Below are positions 1 through 12,183 of a stretch of 64,000 bases of DNA, piece by piece. Within the stretch, counting starts at the first letter, position 1; each line of letters starts with the position of its first letter. Where the stretch lies: positions 62,001 through 126,000 of the forward strand of contig NW_020844730.1 in NCBI RefSeq assembly GCF_003704095.1, read 5' to 3'. The stretch comes from Pocillopora damicornis. Lineage: Eukaryota. Below the pieces are notes generated by a model. That model was not told the origin of the DNA, did not search any database, and saw nothing but the letters and a program-made list of their open reading frames with translations. The position numbers and the translations under genes are program-made.

Positions 1-3000
1 ATACTTCAAAAGGAATGGACAAAGACATTTTCATCATTTCTACGGACTAATGATAACAATAACTGCGGCAGAATACTACTGACTCACTGACGACTTACTT
101 TTATCCCTGAACAGTCAACAATAGCAAGACCACGAGACTTCCAGGTAACGATTTAACCTTACTGGCAGTTAGACAAAGTAAAGCTTTGAAAACGACTTTG
201 ACGTCGCCGTAAGGACAAACAATTGATACCTTTGGCCTCTATTGGACGGACACCATCTTACCAAATTCATCTACTTAAATGAACCCCTTTTTTTTCTGAG
301 TGACTTTAAGACCGGCAACATCTAAGAAAATTGCAAGTGAGCCACGGCTAACGTTCTTGTCGATCTGCAATTACCTTGCTTTCACAACAAATAGCGAGGC
401 ATTTTTAAAAATTAGCCGTATTAAGCTCAGTTTGGTTGGACATCAACGTTAATTTCAATTTCAGCGCTCCAAGACACACCAGAAGGAGGACACCAAGACT
501 AAACATAGGAAACCTTCCCAAATACATAAAGATGCTTTTTCAAAGAATTCTGTGCCAAAGAGGCATTTAATGGAGGATAGAAAGACAGTATCAGTCAAAA
601 AGGTAGGACGCTATCGATGAATAACGTTCATAGATTTTCTAGCTGAAATCTGCTTGTGGCATGGAAAATATCATCAGGAACTGAGCGTGGGCGAAATACA
701 AATTTGGCAATATTTTTTCGATATTCTTCCAGCTGCAGGACATTAAAACGGAACGAAGCAGATATAAACCAATTGAGTTATAGCACATTATGCTTATCAA
801 AGACATTTCCCCAAATCGTAATCAAATATAAATCAGGGTTATAAGTTAAAGGTTTAAAACAGTCTCCCTTCATGGAATTTTTCAATGTACCAAAGGTATA
901 TTTTTCAGCGTTCCAATCTACAAGCTTCTTTTTCTACAGGAACGCATTTTTGCGGAGCTAACACAATCCACAAAATTCCCAAGAATGAAAAATTTTCAGC
1001 GAAAGCGGTTTTTGAAAATTGAGATCAAACATTCTATCATCCTCTGAGGATTTAAACGATGAGGACCATAAAATTTGCGGAAAGTTGAACCTGAGTGCAA
1101 AAATGTGAATTTTGAAGGAATTAAGTGTGCAATTAAATGAATATCACGAACAAGTACTGAGCTGATTATGAGTGTAATTTGAGATAAATAAGTACGAGTA
1201 ATTTTTTCAAAGACCATTTTTTTCCTGTTCCTTTTAGAGTAAAATGATGAGGAGGCAACATTCAAAGCACTCGACCGCAGTTTAAAACTGACTCGCTCCG
1301 CCTAAAGCACGAGCCATTACGAACGCTTCAAATTTTCCTGGCAAAGAATGAAACGCCCACGAGTTTTCTTGGCCATCAGAATTATAGATTGCAAGAAGAT
1401 GTACTGACAATTCGTTTGCAATATTTGTTTTAAATCGTCCTAAAGGAGCAAGAAATCTTCTCAAATGAAGCCAGTCGTAAATTTCATTGGCATGACGCAT
1501 GCGTGATCGGCAAGACATGAGTTGTCAAAAACTAGACATTTAATGATGTGACATTTTTTATCTAATACCATTCTAGAATGAATACCTAGCTTTGAAAAAA
1601 ATAAAAACCAAGAAAGATATTGTGTTGTAAATTTTTTAATTGCCTGGTTACTTCGATCTATGTCAGCTCGTCGTTTCTTTATCTATTAAGTTACTCTAAA
1701 CATTGCAGAAACAAAGGATGGATAAAGGAGACCTGGTTTGTCAAGAAGATGATAGTTTAAGAGAGAACGTTCTGCATTGTTAACGTGTTTCGTTGTGCTG
1801 AGAGCAAAGCAAACAGGGGAAATTTCATTTAATAGACACACTGCTCATGCATCTCATATGGATAAAGGTTGTTTTACTTTCTACTTAAGGTCGTAATCAA
1901 TCTTTACACCAGAATTTCTACATGAGGTAGATGAGAAAGACATGAAAATAATTTTTAGTGTTGCGAAACGCACTGGTTACGTAATATATCCGTGTCTCAA
2001 AAACACGAAAAATGCATTATTTTTAGCTCCTCGAGAAGCAAAGTAAAGCAAAACATGCAATAACTTTCTAGTTTCCTTTGAACAACCAAATTCTCGATTC
2101 GCCCCGGAGTAAAACTAAAGTTCCACCAAAACATCGCCAGACCAAGATTTGCATTTCTGCAAGCTGTTGCATGTTGAGGAACTAGTTGCCTATTCCAAGA
2201 CATAATCTCTCAGGGTAAGTAAGGCTTATCATCGCAAGTTCCTTAAATTTCGTCATACAAAATGTGGAAGAAAATAAACGCATATAACAGAATGACGATA
2301 TCATGCAAATTCGATCAGATTAAAAAGAGCATTATATGAACATAAGAACACTAGCAGGCCCTTTGCTCGAATTGAATGACCTTTCTATGTTAAAATCGTT
2401 AAGAAGTTCTTGGTTTCCTTTTGGGAAAAGAAAACATCCGCTGATTTTTAACCGTTTAGGAGGATTAACTTTAAAAATCATTGTTTTAACTTACCATATC
2501 TTAACACTGAAGATAACGCCAGCGGCCAGTGTTTTACGAGATAAGGATGGTGATTACTGGCGTCAAGTTAACGTAACAAAGCAGCATTTGCGATTCTACA
2601 CACCATAAAACGTGTGCCCGCAAAACCGACCATGATATACGACATTGCCGTTCACACATCTGAATTTTTTATACTTAGCGTCTGGTTGAATCAGTTGTAT
2701 GAATCAGAAAAAAATTATCTACAGCGTTTGTACGTATAACCTCCACCTATTCGGAGATTATTACATTGAGACCTTCAAGTTTCATTGAGAAATTCGTCTT
2801 CAAAAGATATGATTTTCTTCAGATTTTTGACTCCAAATATTTTCCAGGCGTTATAGTGCGCTTGATAAAAGAGAAGGAAAGTGAAAAAAGAATATGGCGG
2901 GTTACTTGGCAGGTTTACAGTCACCTTTATTGAACTGCATCAGTTAACCACAGACAAAAGCTTAAGGAAACTTAGGTGAAGTCGGCATATCCCGGCCAAC

Positions 3001-4823
3001 CCCCTAGCAAGAATCACGTTTCACTAAATCAAACCGATGTTATGTAATTGTTAACTAACGCATGTCACACGTCGCTTTTCGTTTCCTATATGGCCTTCCC
3101 GCTTCTCGTTTAGTGAACCTTGGTCACTTGTGATTAAGATTGATGTATTGACGAACTGAGCGAGGAGATTGAGACCATCAGCATAGGAGTCTATTTAATA
3201 AGGAAATGTGCTAAGAATGTCTGTTCAGAAAGTCCGTAATCGCCTTGAGTATTAGCAATAAATATTTGATGAACATTGTTATTTTCCTTATTAAAAATTT
3301 CCGTCATTTTCTCCCATTGTTGAAACAGAAATGAGTATTTTGTCGCCATAATGTGGAAGATCCCTTTTTTGCCAACAGGAAAAGGCCACTTTAGATTACC
3401 CCAAAGAAAACTGATTATTATGTAAATTCTACTCCCTTAATTCAAACCCGAGTATTAAAATTAATTTTCAGGAGTTCAAACTCATTTTAGTATAAAATCC
3501 AATCATAATCGTAGCCTGTTTCCAAATTTCCCAAGTGTCTTCAATTTTTTGGGGGGATAGTGATTTTCTTATTCCGTTTAAAACAAAATCAAGTCAGTCA
3601 AACTGATGTTACATAACTTTTCACGGACCTTTTACCATTTGAGGACGAGTAACATCTATTCAAAGATATCATCAGTTGTAACCGTGATCCGCGACATGAC
3701 ACTTCTGCGGAATAATTGAAGTTGGACATATTATTTCCGATATTTGCTAATTGCTCTCAGCATTAATATTGCCAAGATCAGAAACACATTTATCAGTTCT
3801 AAACTCGATCGCTTGGTGATGCAATTGCTGAGCTTGCATTGGTTACAAAAATACCCTTCCCCCTTTCAAGCTAATAGACTACAATGACTCTCTCTTTCTT
3901 CGTAAATTATAAATGACTGAGCAAATCATTAAAGCAATTTCGAACAGTTTCTTAAAGTATGCTTATTTGTGGCCTTTTGTTTTGTCGTCAGTCACGGCTT
4001 GTAAGATAATAATACTTGACTGCTACTTGAAAAGTAAAAAAGGACGTTGGTTAAGTGAAAACAAAGCGATATACTGTAAGCTGTTCTAAAATCTTACTTG
4101 ATGTATACTTTAAATGCAAGGACGTAGAATGTTTTTAGCAGGCAATTTAATCATGCTTCCTCAGTGTTGACTACAGTTTGTCCAATCGCGAGATTTTGGT
4201 TTTAATTACGTCTGAATTCAGCAGGTGTACCACAAATTCATATTCAGTTTTGAGGAGCAAAAGCGAAATTTAAAAGGATAAGCTTTACTTTATTTTAAAT
4301 GGGTTAAATTGTTGTGTATCTAATTGCAATACTAAAATAGGTGAATCAGTTTACAGCCACATTTACAAATTACAGTAAATTTCTGGAGCAAGGATTTAAA
4401 TTTCTAAAGGAAGATTCCATCCCTGAAGCTTGAGACTTTTTTCAAAGGCTCGATGAGAAGAGATGCTCCTAGTTTGTGTCATACATAATTCGCTTGCATG
4501 TCAAAGTAATTAATTTAGAAAGCGTATCATACATTTGGGATCAAAGTGACTGATGTAAATATGCCACAACAGCTCCACATTCACATGTCCGGATGTATAA
4601 GCGCCAAAAAACTTAAAGATTTCCTTAAAGGTGTTTTCCCTCTTTCCTGCAATTACTTCAAGGGGTCTTAACGACAAAGCTATTTTAAAAAAAATTTCGT
4701 AACCTTTGCTAATGCAGCCATTTAGCAGTGGACTTGTTTTATCCCAAAAGGAAACAGTCTTGCCATACACACGCAGAACTTTGAAGAAGAATAATATCTA
4801 CCAGGAAGGTTTTGTTAATTGGC

Positions 4824-7800
4824 ATGATTTACCGAACGAATTCGTTTCGAATCGTATTCATTTTGAACATAATTTTGTGTTCGTTTGGTTGCAAAATGAA
4901 CCTCACGGATAGAGCTTTCAAAGCGGGAGATCTTATTCTGGGCGGCTTGTTTCCCGTCCATTCCTATTGCTCGAATTGTTGTAAAGGTCAGTGCGGCGAT
5001 CTTCGATCCCTTGACGCTCTTTACTTTGCCGAAGCCATGATGTACGCCATTGATGAAACAAACAGAAATTCAAGTATATTGCAAGGGATTTCTTTAGGAT
5101 TTGAAATCTTCGATTATTGCTCAAAAGACGTAATAGCGTTGGAGAAAGCTTCTAATTTCCTTCCGTCGTGCTGGAAAAAGCCTTCATCACCAGTGGTTGG
5201 TGTTGTAGGACCTTATTCCAGCAGTGTCGGGCTTCAGGTATCCAATCTACTTGGACTTTTCAAAGTGCCGCATGTGAGCTATGGCGCAACCAGTCCATTA
5301 CTCAGCGACAAGAGCCGCTTCAAGTATTTTATCAGAACAGTTCCTTCTGACGCTGTGCGCGCTCAAGCTTTGGTGGATCTATTGTTGAAAAATGAAACAA
5401 AATACGTGTCAGTTCTATATTCTGACGATGAGTTTGGCAGAGAGGGGAAAAAATACTTCACGCAAGCGGCGAAAGAGCGAGGCATCTGTGTTGGTATAAC
5501 AAGGGCGCTACCTCAAGGTCATACAGTGTTAACATTTGATGACATAGTCATGGACATAAGCCAAAAGATAAATGCACAAGTTATTGTCCTCTTTTGTTCC
5601 AAAAGTGATATAAGTTTGCTTTTTACATCGGTTAAAAAGTTTGGAAAGGAAAGGTTTTTCAGATGGCTTGTAGGAGGTGATTACGCAGAGATGTCCGTTT
5701 ACTTAAATGGAAACGAAGATGTCGCTAAAAATATAGTTTTGTGTTCACCTCGTAATGAAAAGTCAACGAGATTCATGGAATGGAGAAACAGGAGCAATGT
5801 AAGTCACAGCCCGTGGTTCTCAGAAATAGAGCTAAAGTACGAAACCTCAAAATATCGCCCTGAAAATGAAGGAAAAACAATATCCGCAGATTTATACATT
5901 CAAAGCGTCATCAACTCCGTGTACGCTTTTGCTCACGCACTGGACAAAATGTGCAAAACTTTCTGTGCAAATAATTCTAACACCGCAACGTGTTTGAAAG
6001 AAAAATCACTCAATCAAACCCTATTGCTGGATTATATTTTGAATGTAAATTATACGACGTTGAACGGACGGAAGATAAAATTCGACAAAAACGGAGATCT
6101 TTCCGCAGAATACGACATATTAAGACCTAAGAAAGAAGGGTCATCGTGGGGCGTCGAAAAGTTCGGCCGCTGGGGTCCACCGATAAAAGGGGCGGGGCCT
6201 GTTAAAGTGCAGCTATTTGAGGATGCACTTATACTGCCCAGAACCTTTTGCAGTCGTCCATGCGATGTGGGAGAAAGAAAAATTACTATCGAGACTTGTT
6301 GTTGGAGATGCGAACCATGTAAAACCGATGAGATCACATCGAGCAATCAAACGGAATGTACAACATGCACACCAGACTTCATGGTAATATAGCTATGCAA
6401 TTATGATTTTTCATATCGTTGTTAAGAATTTTATCACTATTCATTTAATATTCCCCATTTAAGAACAATTTTTATAACTACAGACGGGGAAGCTTTGATT
6501 TAGAACTCGGCATTTACTGCCATGGTATATCATAACTCTTTACTCTGCCAAGCTTCGAAAAAAAAGCGAATGTCAGCAATGTCACCACTGATCAACCTCT
6601 TAGCCTTGACTGGCTCGTTTATTTTCGTTTTCATCCTATTTTACAACTTTGGTGACAGCTGTGTTCCACCTATTTGAGAAATTGGTGTTGGAAGAGAAAC
6701 AACGACTTTGAAACCTTGTGTTCTCACTTATTAGCGAGGAGCTGTTCTTTTGATTTTCATGAAATTAAAATCTGGACTACTTTTAACCATCTTTTCAGGA
6801 TTTTTATGATAGTCTTTATCTAAATAAGACAGTACTTGGAGCATTTCTCATTAAAAACGTCGTAGATAATCAAGGATTGCGTTGGTTTTCCCCAAAACGC
6901 TCCGTGATTGGCTCATAAACTCGTGTTGCCTCTAAACTTATCAAATCACTCGGGTTTTCCCACGCGTCGTTTTAAATTCTCGTTCACTGTTTAGGATTTT
7001 TCACTTTGCTCTGATTGACCCATGTGGTTACTTTGCTTCTGGTTATACTACACTTAGTTGAGAGACCTCAAGTGTTATGTTTGGCCTCATGTTATAATGT
7101 TTATTTTAGCCAGATGAAAAAAGAGTAAACTGCCTACCTAAACCAGTTATCAATGTCGACCCGTCGTCATCTCTGCTTCTCTTCACCTTGTCGCTCTCAG
7201 CCACTGGAGTTCTTTGTACTTTGTTCATGCTGGGTGTGTTCGTCATCCTCAAGCATCATCCAGTCATCAAAGCGTCTAGTCGCGGGCTAAGCTGTATCTT
7301 GTTGGTTGGAATCATGATATCTTTCGCTGAAAGCTTCGTAGATTTAATGGAGCCACGTAATGTATCCATGTTCATACTTTCCGGTTTTTGTTTCATTGTA
7401 AAAAGCAACACCAAATTTTCCGTTCGCGTTGGAATTAGAGTACGAAGAGCAAATCTAAAATGCTGAAATGAAATGCTGTTGCCAAATTCTATAAATTTTA
7501 TGCACAATAAATTTTCCTTGTGATGAGGATCTTTTTCCAATTGTTACAATTATACTAACATTAACCTCAGTCGTTCACTTGGAAATTGACTCTACAGATT
7601 TGATGTATCGGTGTGTTGCATTTGTCAGATTGTCCCTTATAACGCCGGGTAAGAAAACCATAAACTGATAGTCCCTGATAACTTAATTGAATATGTTTAT
7701 GTCCTATCCCTAGATAAACGCGTTTGCAGTTTGAGAGGATACACCTGTTTAGGCCATGTGACTTGCTATGCTGTGATGACCTCCAAGGTTCTGAGAGTGA

Positions 7801-9122
7801 ATCGTCTCTTCAACAGCTCACTCCGTAAAACATTGAATCCTACATTTGTCAGCACGCGCTCACAGCTAGGATTCATAGGATTCATCTTAGGAATCGCCCT
7901 ACTTTTCTCCACGATTTGGGGCTTTTTCACGTAAGTATCTAACAAAAAGTTATGGCAACGTTAACTTATTTCATTTACTTGTGGTAGTTACGTTTCGCGT
8001 TTGATGTTTGACCACTTAAAGGATCCAAGTCAACCAAAAGACACTCCGCGCCTGGTCCACCATTTTCTATGCCATCTAAATTCGGGAAATTTCCATTATG
8101 ATCTATCACCCAGCCAGAAATTAATTCTGAGTAGGATATATTTTAATGACTTTACTTTACGATGTAAGTAATTGCGTGGGTTTTGAATAAGGTGCCATCT
8201 CGCCATCAGTATTGTCTCGAGGTTAATCAAAGAAGGACGATATTGAGTTATAAAAAGCGATATTTTCTACTGTGTACTATTTTCTTTGTTTTTAAGTGAC
8301 CCTCCTCGACCGAATAACTTCAGAAATTCTTCGGGTATCCTCTATTTCTTTCTTTAAGAGAATTGACCTCACCTCATACGATTTTTATTTGTTTCCAGCT
8401 ACCAAGACAGCGTTTTGAGAATCTATTCAGCAAAAGAGGTCATTGTCCAATGCAACATCTCAAACCCGCACGTGGTAGTCACCAACTCCTTCTATCTAAG
8501 CCTTCTCGCCCTGTGTGGGGTCTACACATTCAAAACCCGTAAGCTCCCAAAGCAATTTAAAGAAACCAAAAGTTTAGGTTTGGCGATATATACAGCAGCC
8601 ACATTGCATTTAATTGTTTTATCTGTAGTTTGCACCATGAACAGCCAAAACTTGATACGAGGAAGGGTGGTTAGGTTAAGCCACCCTTTAGCCGCTTCAG
8701 CTGTGTTATTCCCCCTATTTTCGGCAAAGTTGTACAGTATAATTTTCCGTGCGGAAAAAATGGTAAAACAGCTGCCAAAGAGGAAACCTAGAGCTGGAGA
8801 TATTCCGCAACGTTATGCAAATAGTTCCTTGTTGTTAAGAATGAACCAATCAACTCCAGATCTTCTCCGAAGGCGGCCTGAGAATGTATTCAACCTCCAC
8901 CTAGGATCGTTTCCTGAAGACGTAAGAAGTTACGCCGGGTCGCTTGCGACAGTCTCCGACGATGCCCGCAGCCGTGCAACATCTATCGATACATTACGAA
9001 GCAACTCTGGATGGCTGGACCGATGTTTAACTTTAGGCGAAGTAACCAGAAGAGGTGATCGAGATTCTCAGCTGAAGAACGAAAAGAATTACGACCATTC
9101 ATTCTATTCCACTTGGTTATAA
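4824..9122 (+). CDS. Class C GPCR (mGluR/CaSR-like): signal peptide, Venus flytrap, 9-Cys domain, 7TM; 4 exons, 915 aa
   Basis: Exons 4824-6383, 7110-7356, 7714-7930, 8399-9122, all GT-AG with consistent phases (0,1,2), total 2748 nt. Motifs: GDLILGGLFPVH, GVVGPYSSSV, SYGATSPLLSDKSRFKYFIRTVPSD, CSRPC..CCWRCEPC, HPVIKASSRGL, FKTRKLPKQFKETK. ATG 4824 precedes a hydrophobic signal-like segment. Confidence 0.93.
6871..7055. repeat. Probable interspersed repeat in GPCR intron 1
   Basis: CpG-containing segment (gattgcgttggtttt...gtgattggctc...ctgattgacc...ggttactttg) resembling a repeat style I recall from coral genomes. Boundaries approximate; not verified by search. Confidence 0.35.
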
Positions 9123-11859
9123 ACTATCTATGCCAATAGCACGTAATGACCCACACGTATTTTAATTATAGATTTAAAATTAAAGACATTTTACCTACGT
9201 ATTGGAGTAAACAGTGGGATCCGGGAGAGTCTTTCCTCGTTTGTTGCGGTTTTCGATAATATGCGCACTCCGACCAATTATTCTCTCATGAAAGAATTTG
9301 AGCTTCGTTGAACTTCAATCAGCTGCTCCATTGACAACCAGCAACTCCTATTTTGGAGAAGCATATAGTCGTCGTCATGAGCGAAAAAGTTCTTTATTGG
9401 GATATTTGATTACACAAGAAGAACAGAGAAGCTGTGAGCGATGCATTCGGCAAGAGAAAAGTGTATCAAATCGACGATTTAGGTATAATTATCAAAACTT
9501 GTGATGCAATTTTGTGGAGGTGTATAGGTAAAGACTGCCTCAAAGAGAGAGGGCCAAACGTGTCCCTAGCAGAAGTCGGTCTAGAAAGTATCTCCATGGT
9601 AAGCGAGTGAGGTGTTCCGAGGGTAAAAAGTGAAGGGAGGCTGCTAAATGTGTCCCTGAGGGGTTTTAGATAAAAAGAATAGTTTCCCACGAATAATTCA
9701 AGGCAAAGCAGGTGAAACATCTCAAAGAGTAGCGGGATAAGTTTTGGCCAAATGTTCCCAGAGATCAGAGTTGGAAAAACTCATCTTTGGAACTTATCCG
9801 TCTATACTGCATGAGTAGTAGCCTGAAAAATTATATCCCACACGAAAGAAAATATTTTCTAAGTGTACGTGGAGAAAGTGAAAGACAATTTAGACTCCCT
9901 CATCCTACGCATAACGAAAAATGACAGGCAGAGAAATGTGATCAGGAGCCAGTTTCTAAATCTCTGTCATGTCTGTCATTGTCCCAACACTATGATGAAA
10001 AAGAAGACGCTATTTGTGTTATCAATGCGGCTACACAAACGGAACCCGTGGATTAACCTTTCTATTGAACAAGCGAAAAGAGGCACGCAGGTGAAAGCTT
10101 GTTACGAGGCATTGATTGAACGACAATACAACAGTGCTACTCCGGAGCAACTAGATTGCTAATTGGAGGAACATACAATAGAACTCGAAATGGAACTGGA
10201 ACTGAACCTGTGGGTATTTAAATTTCCAACTTGTCATGCCACTTTGGAAATATCCTGCTGAGTGAGTTGTACGTTATACAGTTCAAACTGTGACTGAATA
10301 AGTTAGAATTTTATAAATGCCATGTATTAAAGCCGTTAGGAACTGTAAGACTGTAACAGGTCACATTACAATAGACTTGTGGGATCACAAAATCACGAGA
10401 ACTACAATGAAATCGTAAGGACGATTGATACTAAAATGAGTGAAGCATTTTAATTTCAACCACTAGAGCGCATTCACTTCGCATTTCTTTCGGAGCTGAC
10501 TGTAATAAAAGTTGCGGTTGCAAAGGTACTTTTAGGTCTGCAATTGTTTCTCAGGTTTCCTCGTGTAGTAAGTGGGATGCATCAAACTCCGGTTGGAAAT
10601 TTCCAAGGATCCTGCGTATTCCATTTACATAGAAATTCCAGAGGATGGCGCTCACAGTATGAACTTACATTCAGCGGGACAGTTTTACCGATAATTGTAT
10701 TTGTATATGTATGAATGCATTTGCGATATGTAGACGGCCTGGCCCAGTTAAGCTTACAACTGGTTTAAATAGGGGCCTATATAAACGATGATGTGCACGT
10801 CAAGTCTACAACTGTTTAGCGACTCACTAACTCATCTTGTACATTTTTTTGAGGGACTTTAACGACGGCACGTTTTCACTGAACCTAAAATTCATACTAT
10901 TACAGCTGGTAACTCTAATTTTCATGGTAAGGATGAAAAGAAAACAAGCATGCCCATATTTACGATTAATTTTGATATCTCTTAATCATAGATTTTTTGT
11001 AGAAAGCCCTATAAGATGCAAAGGAGAAGAAGTGGATTTTGGCGGGCGCTATATCAATGTATTTATAACTGTTTACTTTATCATATCATTTATCATCAAA
11101 GGTGGTTAAACCAAACTTGAGATACCTGTGTATAATGTGTGAATGCGTGGTATTAATAATGCAGTACTTTTAAATTATGCACCACCGACTGCAGGCTTAT
11201 TCTAATTCTGCATTACTTAAAGTAAAACATATTTGTCTCCAAGGAGACAGGTTTTCTGGCTTTTAACTCAACATTATCTCACTAAAGCAACTAGATTTCC
11301 TCCACGATTGGTCTCGGCAACTCACAGTGACCTACGGAACGTATATTATCGAACAACCATCTGAGGTAAAAAACAAATCTTGAAATTTTTTTTTTTATTG
11401 TTGAAAGAGTCTTCACATATAATAAATAATTTCTGATATTCTTATGTCAGTCTACCTGTATTCTTGTTTAAAAGTATGGAAGGGGTCTAATTTATCAGAT
11501 CCATGAAAATTTTTGCTTAGATTTTGTCTGTTATGGATGACAATTGTGGACGGTATCATACCTTCATTTTATTACAATGAAGGTGATAGTTTGGCTCGCT
11601 TTTAGACGAAGAGGAGACAAAACAACAAAATCAAGTTAATTGAAGTTTTCAGGCTAAGGTTTACAAGTTTGATAAACCGCAGCCAGGACCAGTCACGTTC
11701 AAGAAGATCAATAAGTCTGCATTTTACAAGAAATAAAGGCCAATTAAACTTGCGGTAAAAATTTATTTTTTGAGTTATCGCAATCTTACGATTTTTGTAT
11801 TTAATGATACAAAACAATCCATTCGATCCTCTTTAGATTTGCAAAATCGATGAAATAAA

Positions 11860-12183
11860 ATGGCCGACGCCACCGACTGCCATGGCAACTGGATATTCTC
11901 CGGTCCTGATGGTATCAAACCATTTTCCCGTTACGAGTTGCGTGAAGCCAGTTACTTTGGTCACACAACGTTTTCACTCGAGCGCACAAGTGACGTCAAA
12001 CACGTATGGAGGGCACCTTGGCGGAGCGCGAACTTGCCCGCCAAAAGTGGCTGGGTCGGCGCCATTGGTTGGAACGTATGGTCTTACAATGATTGGCGGC
12101 TTCTGAAAAGCAGTCATCAGATCACAGCTGGTCCATTCCGGACAGCTACAGCTCATCGCATTGTTAACGAAGGAGTTTATTAA
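11860..12183 (+). CDS. SPMIP2: C4orf45/SPMIP2-like (DUF4562) small protein, putative axonemal microtubule inner protein; intronless, 107 aa
   Basis: WIFSGPDGIK..SYFG..SLERTSDVKHVWRA..VGAIGW..Y..LKSSHQI..AHR matches my recollection of vertebrate C4orf45 (MIFTGPDYIK..SYVG..ALEKTGDLRYLWRP..VGEIGW..THR). AAAATGG start context. Confidence 0.75.
   Translation: MADATDCHGNWIFSGPDGIKPFSRYELREASYFGHTTFSLERTSDVKHVWRAPWRSANLPAKSGWVGAIGWNVWSYNDWRLLKSSHQITAGPFRTATAHRIVNEGVY

Noticed and set aside
1-4800. Short ORFs and a lone GTAAGT donor near 2215 upstream of the GPCR
   Set aside because: No coherent exon chain or known motifs; treated as intergenic or UTR intron.
4812-4823. ORF-track start at TTG 4812 and other GTG/TTG starts
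   Set aside because: Eukaryotic gene; first in-frame ATG is 4824.
9298-10162. ORFs downstream of the class C GPCR
   Set aside because: No recognisable homology or splice structure; probably UTR or intergenic.
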